Source: Marsupella aquatica (taxonomy: Eukaryota > Plantae > Marchantiophyta). From it: 64,000 bases of DNA. The notes under the pieces were generated by a model. That model ran no database searches and had not been told where the DNA came from. It saw only the letters and a list, made by a program, of their open reading frames with translations. The stretch's first letter is position 1. Each line of letters starts with the position of its first letter. Below are positions 11,718 through 23,016 of this stretch, one piece after another. Position numbers and translations under genes: made by a program. Location: assembly GCA_973895155.1 (NCBI GenBank), contig OZ316894.1, forward strand, positions 13,821,580 through 13,885,579, given 5' to 3'.

Positions 11718-13731
11718 CATGAATCATGATGATGTAGGTTGTATTATCGGTCCAAACGGTTATATTGATTTTGTCGTATGTCAACGAAATAGTGTTATTT
11801 ATGTCACGTCATGTTTTGTTAGCGCCAGGCGCTGATAATTTTGTCGTTTAGGCTACACCGTTAAATATCATCGTGTTGTGCTTGATGTTCTCCACGCCAA
11901 CTATTTGTTTCCTTAAATACCGATAAGATAGCGCCAGGCGCTAGTCAAGACGTTGTTCGCTTTTATTTTGGACCATATAATACCATAAAGTTTTGGGCTG
12001 CATTCATTTTGTATTATTTTCATATATTTTGTTGCCGATTGTGGTGGGACCTACCATTTTTGTGCGCATTCCTTGACATTTTTATGTATGCTCCCCCTTG
12101 TTTGTGTTGGGATGTGAGGTTCAATTATTATGTGGTTCAGCGATTCATGACAAGGTCTCCTCCCTCACCGCAATGGACTAACTCCAACTTAAACAATTCT
12201 AAACTCCTGATTGTGTGTTCTTTCCCCTAGTACAAGATGTTTTTTCTTGGTAACAGCATAAGGCAAACAGGAAAAGTATTTGCTGTTTGCCTGTTTGCTA
12301 TCTCGGTCGCTATACCCGTGAGCTGTAAGAAGTACCTGGATTTTTGGACCCAGTTTTAGGAACAATTAATCATCTAGTTCGAAATGACAATCGAACAATT
12401 GATAGGGACTGTTGGAAATCAATAGCAGACAGACAGGAAAACATGTATGCTAAGCAGGAGGAGAAACAGAGCAATAGAGCAACATAGCAAGAAGGCAGGG
12501 GTAGCATGGCAAAAGGAAAGAGTAAATTGAAACTCTAAAACATAGCCAGATTGAAGGTGAAGAAGCGCTCAAACCTAACTCCGGCTCCGACCGTTGCTTG
12601 ATCCCGCAGCTCTTGACCGACCAACAGCTCCTCACCGACCAGCGCTCCTGCAACTCCTCCCTGATGTAACCGCTTGCAGCTCCCGTAGCTCCTCCCGCAG
12701 CTCCGCAGCTCCCAATGTAACACCTCCCGCAGCTCTTTGACAAACATTCTAAACTAGTTGCTTTCACTGCCTTCGATCCATGAGCTTCCACCGTTTTTGC
12801 CTTCCACAATGATTTGGGTCCCCAACACGCAAATGCCTTCCCTTCCCTCCTGCAACTCAAACATGTGCTCGGAAGAGTGTCAAAACTCCTCCCCTCCCGC
12901 AACTCCAACCTGTGCTCCTGTAGGTCTAAACGGTGAGACCAACGTGCGAATGCCTTCCCTTCCCTCCCACAACTCCAGTCTGTGCTCCCAGGGCAAATGT
13001 GCTTGGAAGAGCGTCGCAGCTCCTCCCCTCCCGCAACTCCCACCTATGCTCCCGGGGAAAATGTGCTCGAAACAGTGTCAAAGCTTGGTGGAATGGAGCA
13101 CAAAGCTGCGCAACCCTAAGCCCTTGCAATGTGCACACAAAGGCATGCCAAGAAATAAGCACATATTGCGTTGCCCTCTTGATGTTTGTTCAGGAAAAAG
13201 GGCTCCTGTTGGTACACGAGAAAACTTGAGCGGGATAAACCTAATTGCTGGACCCCTAAACCCCGTAAAGGTAAGGTATTTCGTTGGATGGGGATGGTGG
13301 ATATTGTGGGTCATTAATTAGGGTTATTTTTTGAGACTAGTTAATAGCAATGTAACAAAACCCCCCATAAGGCCCTAGGGAATTACCAACTAAATAGGTT
13401 AATAACAAGGTCCGGATGCCCCAATAAGGCCCTAGGGAAGGCACTGAAGGTTAATAGCTCATAATGTCGCGACACCCCCATAAGGTCATGGCTGTTTGTG
13501 TAGGTGCCAACAAGACATTGACCCTAAACCCATAACCCGCCCCTCATTTAAACCTCCTTAATGGGAGGTGAGGGTGTTGTGGATTACATTAGTGTAATTA
13601 ACTATGTACCGGCCATGTTTTTTGGGTGATAGGTTATGTCTGCAAAAAGGACCATATGCATGAACACAATTTTGGACTACCTTATTAGTCTCACCATATG
13701 ATAGTTATTAGTTTCATAGACATACGTATAG

Positions 13732-14062
13732 GAGGGTTTTCACCGTGACAGCAAATAGCAAACAAATTTACTGTTACGAGCAAACTAGACAATCTAAAAA
13801 TGTGTCATTAAAAGTCACAATTTTCAAAATAATTTAAAACATGACAATTTTTTGCTAGGGTAAGGCGATACTATTACTAGCTCCGGGCGCTAGCCAAAAA
13901 ATATCGACTCACAAACAAAATTTAATATTTTTTCCCCAAAAAAATTCCCCAAAAAAAAATTCCCCAAAAAATTCCCCAAAAAATTCCAAAAGTTTTACCA
14001 CCCGTTTGTTGTTACGAGTAACTATTTGCTGTTTGCTGTTTGCTGTCACGGTGGTTATACCC
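13732..14062 (+). mobile_element. MULE-derived MITE (331 bp)
   Basis: 9-bp TSD TACGTATAG (13723-13731 and 14063-14071). Ends GAGGGTTTTCACCGTGACAGCAAA ... TTTGCTGTCACGGTGGTTATACCC. Internal palindrome variant TAGCTCCGGGCGCTA at 13878. Confidence 0.9.
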
Positions 14063-14071
14063 TACGTATAG

Positions 14072-16720
14072 TATGTGTACTTGCCAGCATCCTCGTCTAG
14101 GGCCCACATCCCGGGCCCCTTACATGCTACATGAGCACTACATATGAGGCTATGTTGTCTAAGAGTTTTTGAGAGCATTACACCAAAGCATTAATAAGTG
14201 AGCCTTCCCATGACTATATGACCTCCAATATGCCAACATTAATGGCTTCCAAGATGACAGCGTGAGTGACCCCACTTTTAGTCGTTCAGATTGAAGCACT
14301 ATTTAATTCACAAATGACCCAATGAACTCCCTTGTACCTCCAAAGAGAACCCCCCAATAGCCTTTGTAAGGACCACATTTCCAATCATTTGGAACTTCTT
14401 ACCTGTAGTATGATAACCAAGATGACCCTAATTTGAGGTGTTTTCATTAATGACACACCATGAGGGACCTCTCTAATGACCACAACTTTGGCATTGCTCC
14501 AAATGACCTCCAATATGATGATAAAAATGACCCTATATGTAGTCATTGGCATTAATGACACACCATTATGTGAAAATGACCCAATGAAGAGTACATTACC
14601 TCTCGGAGTGCCCCCTTACAATTCATTTGGAATTTAATAGAATATATCCAAATCCAAATATCGGCACAAACATGACAAAGATATATAGAAGGACATAGTC
14701 TTCCACTAGTATTACATTATATATCTCTTGGAGAGACAAAAACAATTTTTGTTTGCCGTTTGGATGGGATGGTATGCATGCATGGTGACACTTTTGGCAA
14801 ATCACTCCAAAGTTATATGACTTGGGAGTGATTTCCCCAAAGTTCCATCGTGCCTAAAGTAAACGCAAAAACACGGCTCCAAAGTGCTAATGGTGCAACT
14901 AGGGGTTGGAGAATGGTAAATATAGTATTTTGCACCTAGTGGAGGGGTTGCGAGCTCTATGTGGGGCCACATGGCACTCTAGGGCCCGCCTCCAACCCTT
15001 AGCCCCAAATTGGTCATTCATGCTTGTCTTCAATGACTGCACTAGGGACATCTCAAATGACTCAAAGTCCAGTCATTTGCCTTTTATGACATCCCATATG
15101 ACCAATTCAATGACCCTGCTTGTAGTCATTGGCAATTATGACACGACTTTGTTAAAAAATGACCCAATGAAGGTCCTAGTACGTCAAGAAAGAGGCCGCT
15201 TTAGATTTCTTGTAAAATAGGAATATTTCTAAGTATACCTTTAACCAACACACATGTCCACCGTAGAGGGAAGCACCTTTACCACGCCCATTCCATTGGT
15301 GTTGCACTACCTCATTGAGGAACAAAACAAATGGCTCCATTTGCCTTTGGAACATAAGATATTCATGATCCATGATGGTGCTTTTGGCAAATCACTCCAA
15401 AGTTGTATGACTTGGGAGTGATTTCCCTAATGTTGCATCATCCCTTAAATAAACGCAAAAACTCACATATGAGGTACGGTGCTAATGGTGCAACCAGTGG
15501 TTGGAGAATAGTAAATATAGTATTTTGCACCTAGTGGAGGGGCTGCGAGCTCTATGTGGGGCCACATGGCACTCTAGAGCCCACCTTCAGCCCCTAGCCC
15601 CAAACTGGTCATTTGTGCTTCTGTTTAATGACTGCATGAAGGGCCACACAAATGACCACAAGTCCAGTCACTTGACTTATATGACTTCCCATATGACAGT
15701 TTTAATGACTTGAATTTTGGTCATTGGCATTTATGACAAGTCATTGGTCATATATGACCCAATAAAGGCCCTAGTACCTCCAAAGAGAGCCCGCAATAGA
15801 TTCCTTGCAAGGTTGGAATATTCCTCTTCCCTAAACTCGCACCCACACCATACAGAGAAGCACGATTCCCCTGCCCATTCCATTGGTGCAGCACCACCTC
15901 TTGGAGAACCAAAAAATAACTTTTATTTGCCTTTGGATGTGATGGTATGCATGCATGGTAACACTTTTGGCAAATCACTCCAAAGTCGTACAACTTGGGA
16001 GTGATTTCCCCAAAGGTGCATCATGCCTTAAGTAAACGCAAAAACATGTGTCCAAAGTGCTTATGTCACAACTAGTGGTTGGACAATGATGAGTATAGTG
16101 TCCCGCACCCAATGGAGGGGTTCTCACCTCTATGTGGGGCCCCATGGCATTCTAGGGCCCACCTCCAGCCCCTAGCCCCAAACTGGTCATTAGTGCTTGT
16201 GTTTAATGACTGCATGAGGGACCACACAAATGACCACAAGTCCAGTCACTTGACTTATATGACAGTCCATATGACAAATTTAATGACCCTACTTTTAGTC
16301 ATTGGTATTTGTGATGAAAATGTTTTTAGAAATGACCCAATAAAGATTACACTAGCTCCTTGAATGCCCCATCACTATTCATTTGCAAATTAAAATATTC
16401 CCCATCCAAACACCGGCACAAACATGACACGATTACAACAAAGGATGACAACCTTCCATTGGTATTGCCCTACTTCTTGGAGAGACAAAAAGGCTTCATT
16501 TGCCTTTGGATACGATAGTATGCATCTATATATGGTAACACTTCTGGAAAATCACTCCAAAGGTGTATGACTTGGGAGTGATTTTCCCTAAGCTAGGTGC
16601 ATCACGCCTTAAGTAAATGCAAGACATGTGTTCAAATTGCTAATGCCGCAACCAGTGGGAGGAGAATGATGAGTATTGTGTCCCGCATTTAGTGGAAGGG
16701 TTATCAACTATATCAATGAC
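14072..16720. repeat. Tandem array, ~580-590-bp unit, ~4.5 copies (CACTA subterminal)
   Basis: Anchor G(C/A)AAATCACTCCAAAG recurs at ~14796, 15386, 15969 and 16546. The same spurious ORF repeats at 14906, 15501 and 16079. Confidence 0.85.
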
Positions 16721-16759
16721 TCTACAATTATGACCGGTGTCTGGAATGACTATTGAAGT

Positions 16760-17262
16760 AGTCATTTATGCAATAAGTCCATAATGACTGTATGTTATTG
16801 TAAACATTGATATATCATGATTTTTGGATTGACCCTATATTTAGTCATTTATGCGACAAGTCCATAATGATAGTATGTTGTTGTAAACACTGATATATGT
16901 TAATTTCAAGATTGACTCTGGAGTTAGTCATTTATGAGAGAAGTCCATAATGACGGTATGTTCTTGTAAATACTGATATGTCCTAATTTCAAGATTGACC
17001 CTAGAGTTAGTCATTTATGAGAGAAATCCATAATGACGGTATGTTCTTGTAAACATTGATATGTCCTAATTTCAAGATTGACCCTAGAGTTAGTCATTTA
17101 TGAAAGAAGTCCATAATGACGGTATATTGTTGTAAACACTGATATGTTCTAATTTCAAGATTTACCCTAGAGTTAGTCATTTATGAAAGAAGTCCATAAT
17201 GACGGTATGTTGTTGTAAACACTGATATATTCTTATTTTCAGATTGACCCTATATTTTGTCA
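16760..17262. repeat. Tandem repeat, 83-bp unit x6
   Basis: TCCATAATGA recurs at 16778, 16861, 16944, 17027, 17110 and 17193. Confidence 0.9.
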
Positions 17263-18431
17263 TTTAACACCGTTGGTTAAAATGACGGAAATACATTTTT
17301 TGTCATTTATCATAGTTGACCAAAATGACCCAAATAAATTTTTGGTCATTTCAATCATTGTCCAGAGTGACTATAATGGTGCTAAACACTGATTTATCAT
17401 TGTTGTTATTAATTGCGTCATTTAAGACATGTGTCTAAATTGACCATTTTGGGAAATTGGGTCATTTTGGTCGCATCAGTCATTACAAACATTATACAAA
17501 ATGACGCAAAAGTTAACATTTTGTCATTTCAGTCTATTGGTCATTGTGGACAGTCATTCTCCTGTCATTCTTTTTGTGTCATTAGAAATTTGGTCATTTA
17601 TTCATCTTCGTCATTGGGTGATTGGTCATAAAGGGCCCTGTTTTCTTCTAGTGCGGCCTATTCAATCTAGCTCTTTGAGCACTTGGCCCTAAAGCACACA
17701 ACTTCCCATCATCTAACAGGATATCACATCCTTCATAGACCAAATTGTTGCCATGCATGCCCCAAATTGCTGTAATAGTAACTCCTAACAAGTTTCCTTA
17801 CTGATCCATTGCTACAGACCTTTCTCCTATTCTTGCTGATCAAAACTTAGCCACTGCTACACAAAATGAGGCTTCCTTCTATTTCACAGAGTTTAAATAC
17901 TAGTTGCCCTAACAACTTAATCCTTACTTTACTCTAACTTTGTAATTACCTTAAAGATTTTGCTAATCTAAGACTTGGTAATTTCTTGCCACTTCACCTG
18001 CCCATATTTAGTCCCCACTGGATGGTCATTCCAGAGGCCTAGACCATAGAGGAGCTCGGCATTGAAGTCAACGACCCCGGAGCTAAGTGGTAGGGTAGTC
18101 AAATTTTGCAACTCTGTCAAAGTTTAGGAGAAATCATTACCAAGCAACATCTAGTGGTGTGGATGAGAAGTAGAAACAAGGATATGGGGTTTCATAGATT
18201 TCCGTTTAAAAAATTAAAATTAAAAATTTATTAAAAAAAGTGAGGATATGGTTGAGAGAACAAACTCTTTTGTTGCAAAAACAGAATCATCGAATTGATA
18301 GATCTCAACAGTTTGTGGAACTTGGGTGAATGCCAATTTGGTGCCAATCAGGGAAAATTCTATGAAGCAACTTGATCAGGATTGGCTGCACATGCAAGGA
18401 TTGTTGGCTACACTTGCAAGAAGTGATTTGT

Positions 18432-19567
18432 GAAGATGTTGTGAGATGCCTGGATGGTTTCTAGCACCTACAGGATGACATGATTTGTTCCATTATCAAG
18501 ATGTGCGGGAGGTTTGGAGTAAGGACGATGTCGGATTTTAATGGTTCTCATGACTCAGTTGTTCGAACCATTTCTACTAAAATCACAAGAATACGTGGTG
18601 CTGACGCTGCAATGAAAGAGCTTTGTTTAGCATTCGTGGACAAAATCAAAGATACTATGGATTGCTTTGGAGATCTCCAAGCTCGTGCCGCCCAATGGTT
18701 CTGGTCTGACAAACGTGAACGGCTGAAGAGTTTCACTCTGCCCAATGCACGTACGTATCAGCTTATTCGACCGAAAGGCTCGGATTCTCTCAGGCTCAAC
18801 GGGATTTGGAACATCTCTTTTTCTGACCTCGAATGGAACAAATTCTGGAATGCTCTATGGTCATCTGATTTACCGTTAAAAGGCCGCTTATTCCTCTGGA
18901 GATTAGCTGCTCAAGGGTTATTCACTGGAACACGAGCTAGAAAGATTGGTAAAGGAGATGGAAACTGCCTACTGTGCACCAATGTTCTTGAAACAATTCC
19001 TCATCTTTTCTTCACATGTCCCTTCGCTAAGAGGTGCTGGCAGCTGGCTGGGAGGACTTTTCCGGGTGCCACTTCTTGGAGATATTTGAATTTATTCTCT
19101 GTCTTGGGAGACATTGGATGCACCAAAATTGAGAGAACCATTCGGGTCTTTGTGGTTTACCATGTGTCGTGGACTCTTTGGCTGGCACGGAATGAGCAGC
19201 TCTTTAATCGTGTCAACAGTAGAAGGTTTAACCTGAATCTACTCCTTTCAGATTTGTTAGACTCCTTGCATGGCCTATGTGAAGCCTCGGGGCCCAGTAG
19301 AAAACATACTAGATTACTGCGAGTCAAAGAATTAGCTGTCAGGAACGTCTTAGGTGGGTTACTCGTCCGGATGCATGGCTTTTTAGTTGAAGCTATACTT
19401 GTTTCTGCATTCTACTTTAGTTGGCTAGGAACACTTCTTTGTGCCTTTGCACTTGTGTGCTCATTTTGGTCTCACCTGGGTTACACTCTGCTGCCCATGT
19501 TTATGTTGCCCTGTTGGGCCCCCTTTCCCGTGGGTTTTCGCGGGTTTCATTTAAAAATTAAAAAAAA
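18432..19567 (+). mobile_element. 5'-truncated LINE (L1-type) with zf-RVT domain and A-rich tail
   Basis: ORF 18480-19610 contains FWNALW...KGRLFLWRL...CLLC...ETIPHLFFTCPFA...W...WTLWLARN (zf-RVT). A-rich tail at ~19553-19569. 11-bp TSD AAGTGATTTGT (18421-18431 and 19568-19578). Confidence 0.9.
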
Positions 19568-20740
19568 AAGTGATTTGTTGTACAATTGTTGGACTCAAGA
19601 GAATCATTAGGAGTGTATATCAAGCGTGAGCCGTCCATCCTCAATACCCAATTTAATGATAAGAGCAATAACATGTAGAGAATGCCGAATGTGCCTTATT
19701 TGATCTGTTTAATTTTGAATGGAGTGTATTCAATTCTCTAAAGTCTTTGGAGCCAAAACAGAAAAGTCTATGAATGATTGATGGAATGAATGAACAAAGG
19801 ATCGAATGAGCCTAGCAAAGAGAAGACATACAAAACATCTAGGTTGAGAAAAGAAGAGCAAACTTGGAAAATATGTAGAGTGTTGCAAACATGCACTTCA
19901 ATTTTATGTTTGATTCATGGAATCTAATTGGCTCTATGAAATCTTTTGGCCAAAATAGTACATAGACGACCGATCAAATGAATGAATGAAGGAATGAATA
20001 AGAGAAAAAAAATTAGAACCAAAATCAGTTGAGACGTCACACGCATTACCCCTAGTAGCATCTCACATATTTTGTAATGATTGGTTAAGCCAGTCTCTCG
20101 AGTGACTCATATCACCGAGCATATCACCATGATATGCATCATCGCAGGTTAGTTGTTGGATCAAACTTAGCTTAGCTCACCATGAGTAAATAGGATGGGT
20201 ATAAACAAAAACCGCCTTAGACTCATGAAGGGAATAAATGACCATCCTAGGAGCCTCCAACGTTGTTACTCCCACAATTGACCTGAGAATCAAAGAAGTT
20301 GGTCAGTTTGTCAAGATTCTCGTGAGGAATGTGAAATAATGATGAAAACCCAGTTGCCACTATACTGCTCAATTCAGCCAAACAGTTGACTACCTGACAA
20401 GGGAGACATTTCGCCTTGCATGGCCATTTAAGTGCCTTTGTGTGTGGTGGATGATGAAAGATGAAGACCTTGCCTTGTCAACTTCCTTGCCACGAAAGTT
20501 GTTTTGAATAGTTCAGCCAAGCATCCACCTAAACGGTAGAATGGGAGAATTGACATTGATCAGTCAAACAATGGTAGGTTACGAGAGAATAATTGGAATC
20601 ATGATTACTTAAATTATTTTGGGATTTGTGCATGTAGTCAAGAAACTTGCATCCACCTGAAACCATTCACGCATCTAGTCGTGAACATTGCATTCACGGG
20701 CTTGGAACTTGATTTGCATGGACCCAGATTCAAAAGGAGT

Positions 20741-23016
20741 TGTAAGGCATAAACTCTTAGGTCTAGAGTTACAACTATAACCGTAGTTAGGGCTAACCTT
20801 AGTCGCGGACTAGGTTAGGTTAGCTAGGTTGCACACTATATCTTAAGCGGTGTTTGTTTGGATAGTGGTAACTTAGGCTCATTGTTACTCAAGCATTTAC
20901 TATTCTTCAAAGGGCCAAGGCGTTGGTTTTAGGGCCTCTAGTCAAATTCTACTTGTGGCCCTAGTGTACTTTGGAGCTCTACCAGGCCTTTAATTTGAGT
21001 TTGTTTCTTAATACGACTTTATTTATTTTTCCATTGTTGGGTTTAGGGTTAATTTCTTGAGCTTTTTGGCTTGGGATTTTTTAACTGTTCGGTTGTAGTG
21101 GGTGTTAGGAATTGACTCAAGTTCCCTACTTAGTTAGTTTAGCCTTACTAGGGTTAGCTAACCCTGGATTACATTAGGATAAGATCCGCTTAGTTTAGGC
21201 CCACCCCTTGGGGGATACAGGTTGGAGGGAGAGCACTCTCTCCCTCATTCTTCACATGTACTCTCATTTGTTATGGAGCCTTCAGGAGTTTCTCCACTCG
21301 GGGTGTCTCATCAATGTAGCATCTGATTGAGTGTCTCTCTCATGTTTCCGCATTGTTGTCTAGTTTGGAGCCGACGGTTTCTTACAAGGCTTTGAAGAAG
21401 CTAGTATGCTTGTACCTGGCTTGTGGAGGACTGTACTGGCATAGTACAGGCAAGCAGGTACGAGGCCTGGTGGAGCACAAGGAACAATGGCATGTGGTAC
21501 ACAAGTCTTTAAAGGAGCATAAAGTACATGTCTGGTACCTGGTACTTGACAGCATTATACGAGAGGGAAAGAGCATATGTGCTCACATCCCTTTAGGAAC
21601 TATGGTGAGGGGCATTTAGGGCTTTGGAGGGTCCGGTGGGGCAGTAAACTGGCCCTATACCCAAGGTACAACAGCTACGTAGTGGAGTGGAGACATGGGG
21701 AGTTAAATGATTCCTTTTCTTTGGGAGCCTTTTACTAAGGCTTGAGGCACTGAGAAGAGCCAAGTATTTTTGGCTTTTAATTAGATAGCACCTTGTTCAA
21801 GATCCAAGTTGAGGGCCGGCACGCGCCCTATGCACAAGGTGCATATTGTTTGCAAAAGAATTTGGAGGCTTGGAGGAGCGATCGTCGGCCTTGGTTCCTT
21901 TGTCACTTGTCTAAAAATGAAGGGGTTTTCTTTTGCTGTTCTTCCTTTCTTTTTGCAATTGGACAGGTGTCAGCTCCATGTTCCTTCTGCTGTAATTTTT
22001 TACTGTACTTTGATTCCCTCCAAAAGATACTTTTCCAGAGAGCTGATTTTTGGCCAAAATTTCCAAAGTCGAAGGTCGTCAAGGAAGATTTTTTTTGTGA
22101 GACTTTGCAAGGAGATACTAAAGGGAGTTGAGCACGGGTAGTGAAATTAATTTGCGGGTTGTTGTTGCAAAATATTTTTGGGGACCTAAGATACGCGACA
22201 GTGGTCTAAACGGCCATTTTAATCCACCTCCGATCTGGGTTGAATAAGTTTTTTGCCAAATCATTTTCAGATCCTAGCAGTGTACCTTGCAGGCTACACG
22301 ACGGTGCATTCCATTTCCACTTTTGCTAACTTTCATTTTTTGGTGAATTTTTGGGTGGAGGTATTTCGGTTGTGTGTTTGTGTGTTTGTGGCAGCATCAA
22401 CGGCTTCAAGAAAACTTGCGGCGCCAAAGTTTGAGGTGGAGAAGTTTGATGGGAAGGTCAACTTCAGCCTCTGGACTTGAAAGGTGACCAACGTGTTGAT
22501 CCAGCAGGGTCTTGAAAAGACCATCATTGGAGTGAAGCCCTCAAATTTGGCAGATGAGTAGTGGAAGACATGTCGGTGTAGGTGTGTAGCACAATTGAGT
22601 TGTTTTTGGCAAACAACATTGTCAAGAACATGTTGGGGATGGATCGTAACGCCAAGAAGATCTGGGATATGCTTACTCAACTATGCTAGAGTACTTTGTT
22701 GACTACTTGCATTTATCACTTGGAGTGGCTGTTCAGGTTGAAGTTGAAGGATGGTGGCAACATGCGTGATCACCTCAGTCTCTTCAATGAGATTGTGCAC
22801 AAGGTGACCATAGCGGAAGACAAGTTGACCGATGAGTATCTTGCGATGCACTTGTTGATGTCGCTTCCTCAGAGCTATTCAATGTTGGTGATAGTCATCA
22901 CACATGACAAGTCTATGTTGAAGTTGGATGAGGTGAAGGCTACCGTTCTTGTAGAATGGAGCAAACGACAACTTTCTGGCCGTGATAATGAGTCTGCAGC
23001 CTTAGTGGTTAGAGGC
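20741..23016 (+). mobile_element. Ty1/Copia retrotransposon, probable 5' LTR and gag (degenerate)
   Basis: Gag motifs PKFEVEKFDGKVNFSLW and LLMSLPQSY (22410-23016). A TGT start at 20741 is taken as the LTR edge; LTR limits are uncertain. Confidence 0.7.

Larger units (their letters stand above)
1868..11943. repeat. Dispersed 15-bp palindrome TAGCGCCnGGCGCTA (about 16 full or partial copies)
   Basis: Copies at 2264, 2737, 3883, 4672, 4743, 7288, 7442, 7587, 7651, 10029, 10142, 11820 and 11929. Half or degenerate copies at 1878, 1930, 1990 and 6144. Confidence 0.9.
1711..12317 (+). mobile_element. Mutator-like (MULE) DNA transposon, ~10.6 kb, degenerate/asymmetric termini
   Basis: 8-bp TSD GTGAGCTG at 1703-1710 and 12318-12325. 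Starts GAGG and ends TATACCC, as do the MITEs at 13732 and 55356. CAGCAAAC-type subterminal repeats are inverted at the two ends. Internal MULE-type transposase. Confidence 0.85.
12326..17653 (-). mobile_element. CACTA element terminal part (reverse orientation), interrupted by the MULE and a MITE
   Basis: Ends TTTTCTTCTAGTG at 17653 (reverse complement CACTAGAAGAAAA). Dense AATGAC/GTCATT subterminal motifs. CCCTAAACCC and GCAGCTCC tracts mirror the 5' region of the CACTA at 25107. It probably continues left of 1710; the other end is not in the window. Confidence 0.7.

Noticed and set aside
12450-13321. Overlapping 197- and 187-aa ORFs
   Set aside because: Low-complexity GCAGCTCC repeats of the CACTA 5' region; the equivalent region at 26238-26822 does not conserve a frame.
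14906-16363. Three similar ORFs (MENGKYSILHL...) as a gene family
   Set aside because: By-products of the ~585-bp tandem repeat, with inconsistent stops and no domain.
16760-17262. Regular repeats resembling a CRISPR array
   Set aside because: Whole 83-bp units repeat with no unique spacers, there are no cas genes, and the context is eukaryotic CACTA subterminal DNA.
19600-20740. Possible decayed reverse-strand LINE RT fragment
   Set aside because: Only vague peptide resemblance with many stops; cannot be supported by eye.
21660-21705. PBS for the Copia element
   Set aside because: No canonical TGGTATCAGAGC or other recognisable tRNA-complementary site, so the LTR 3' boundary is not called.
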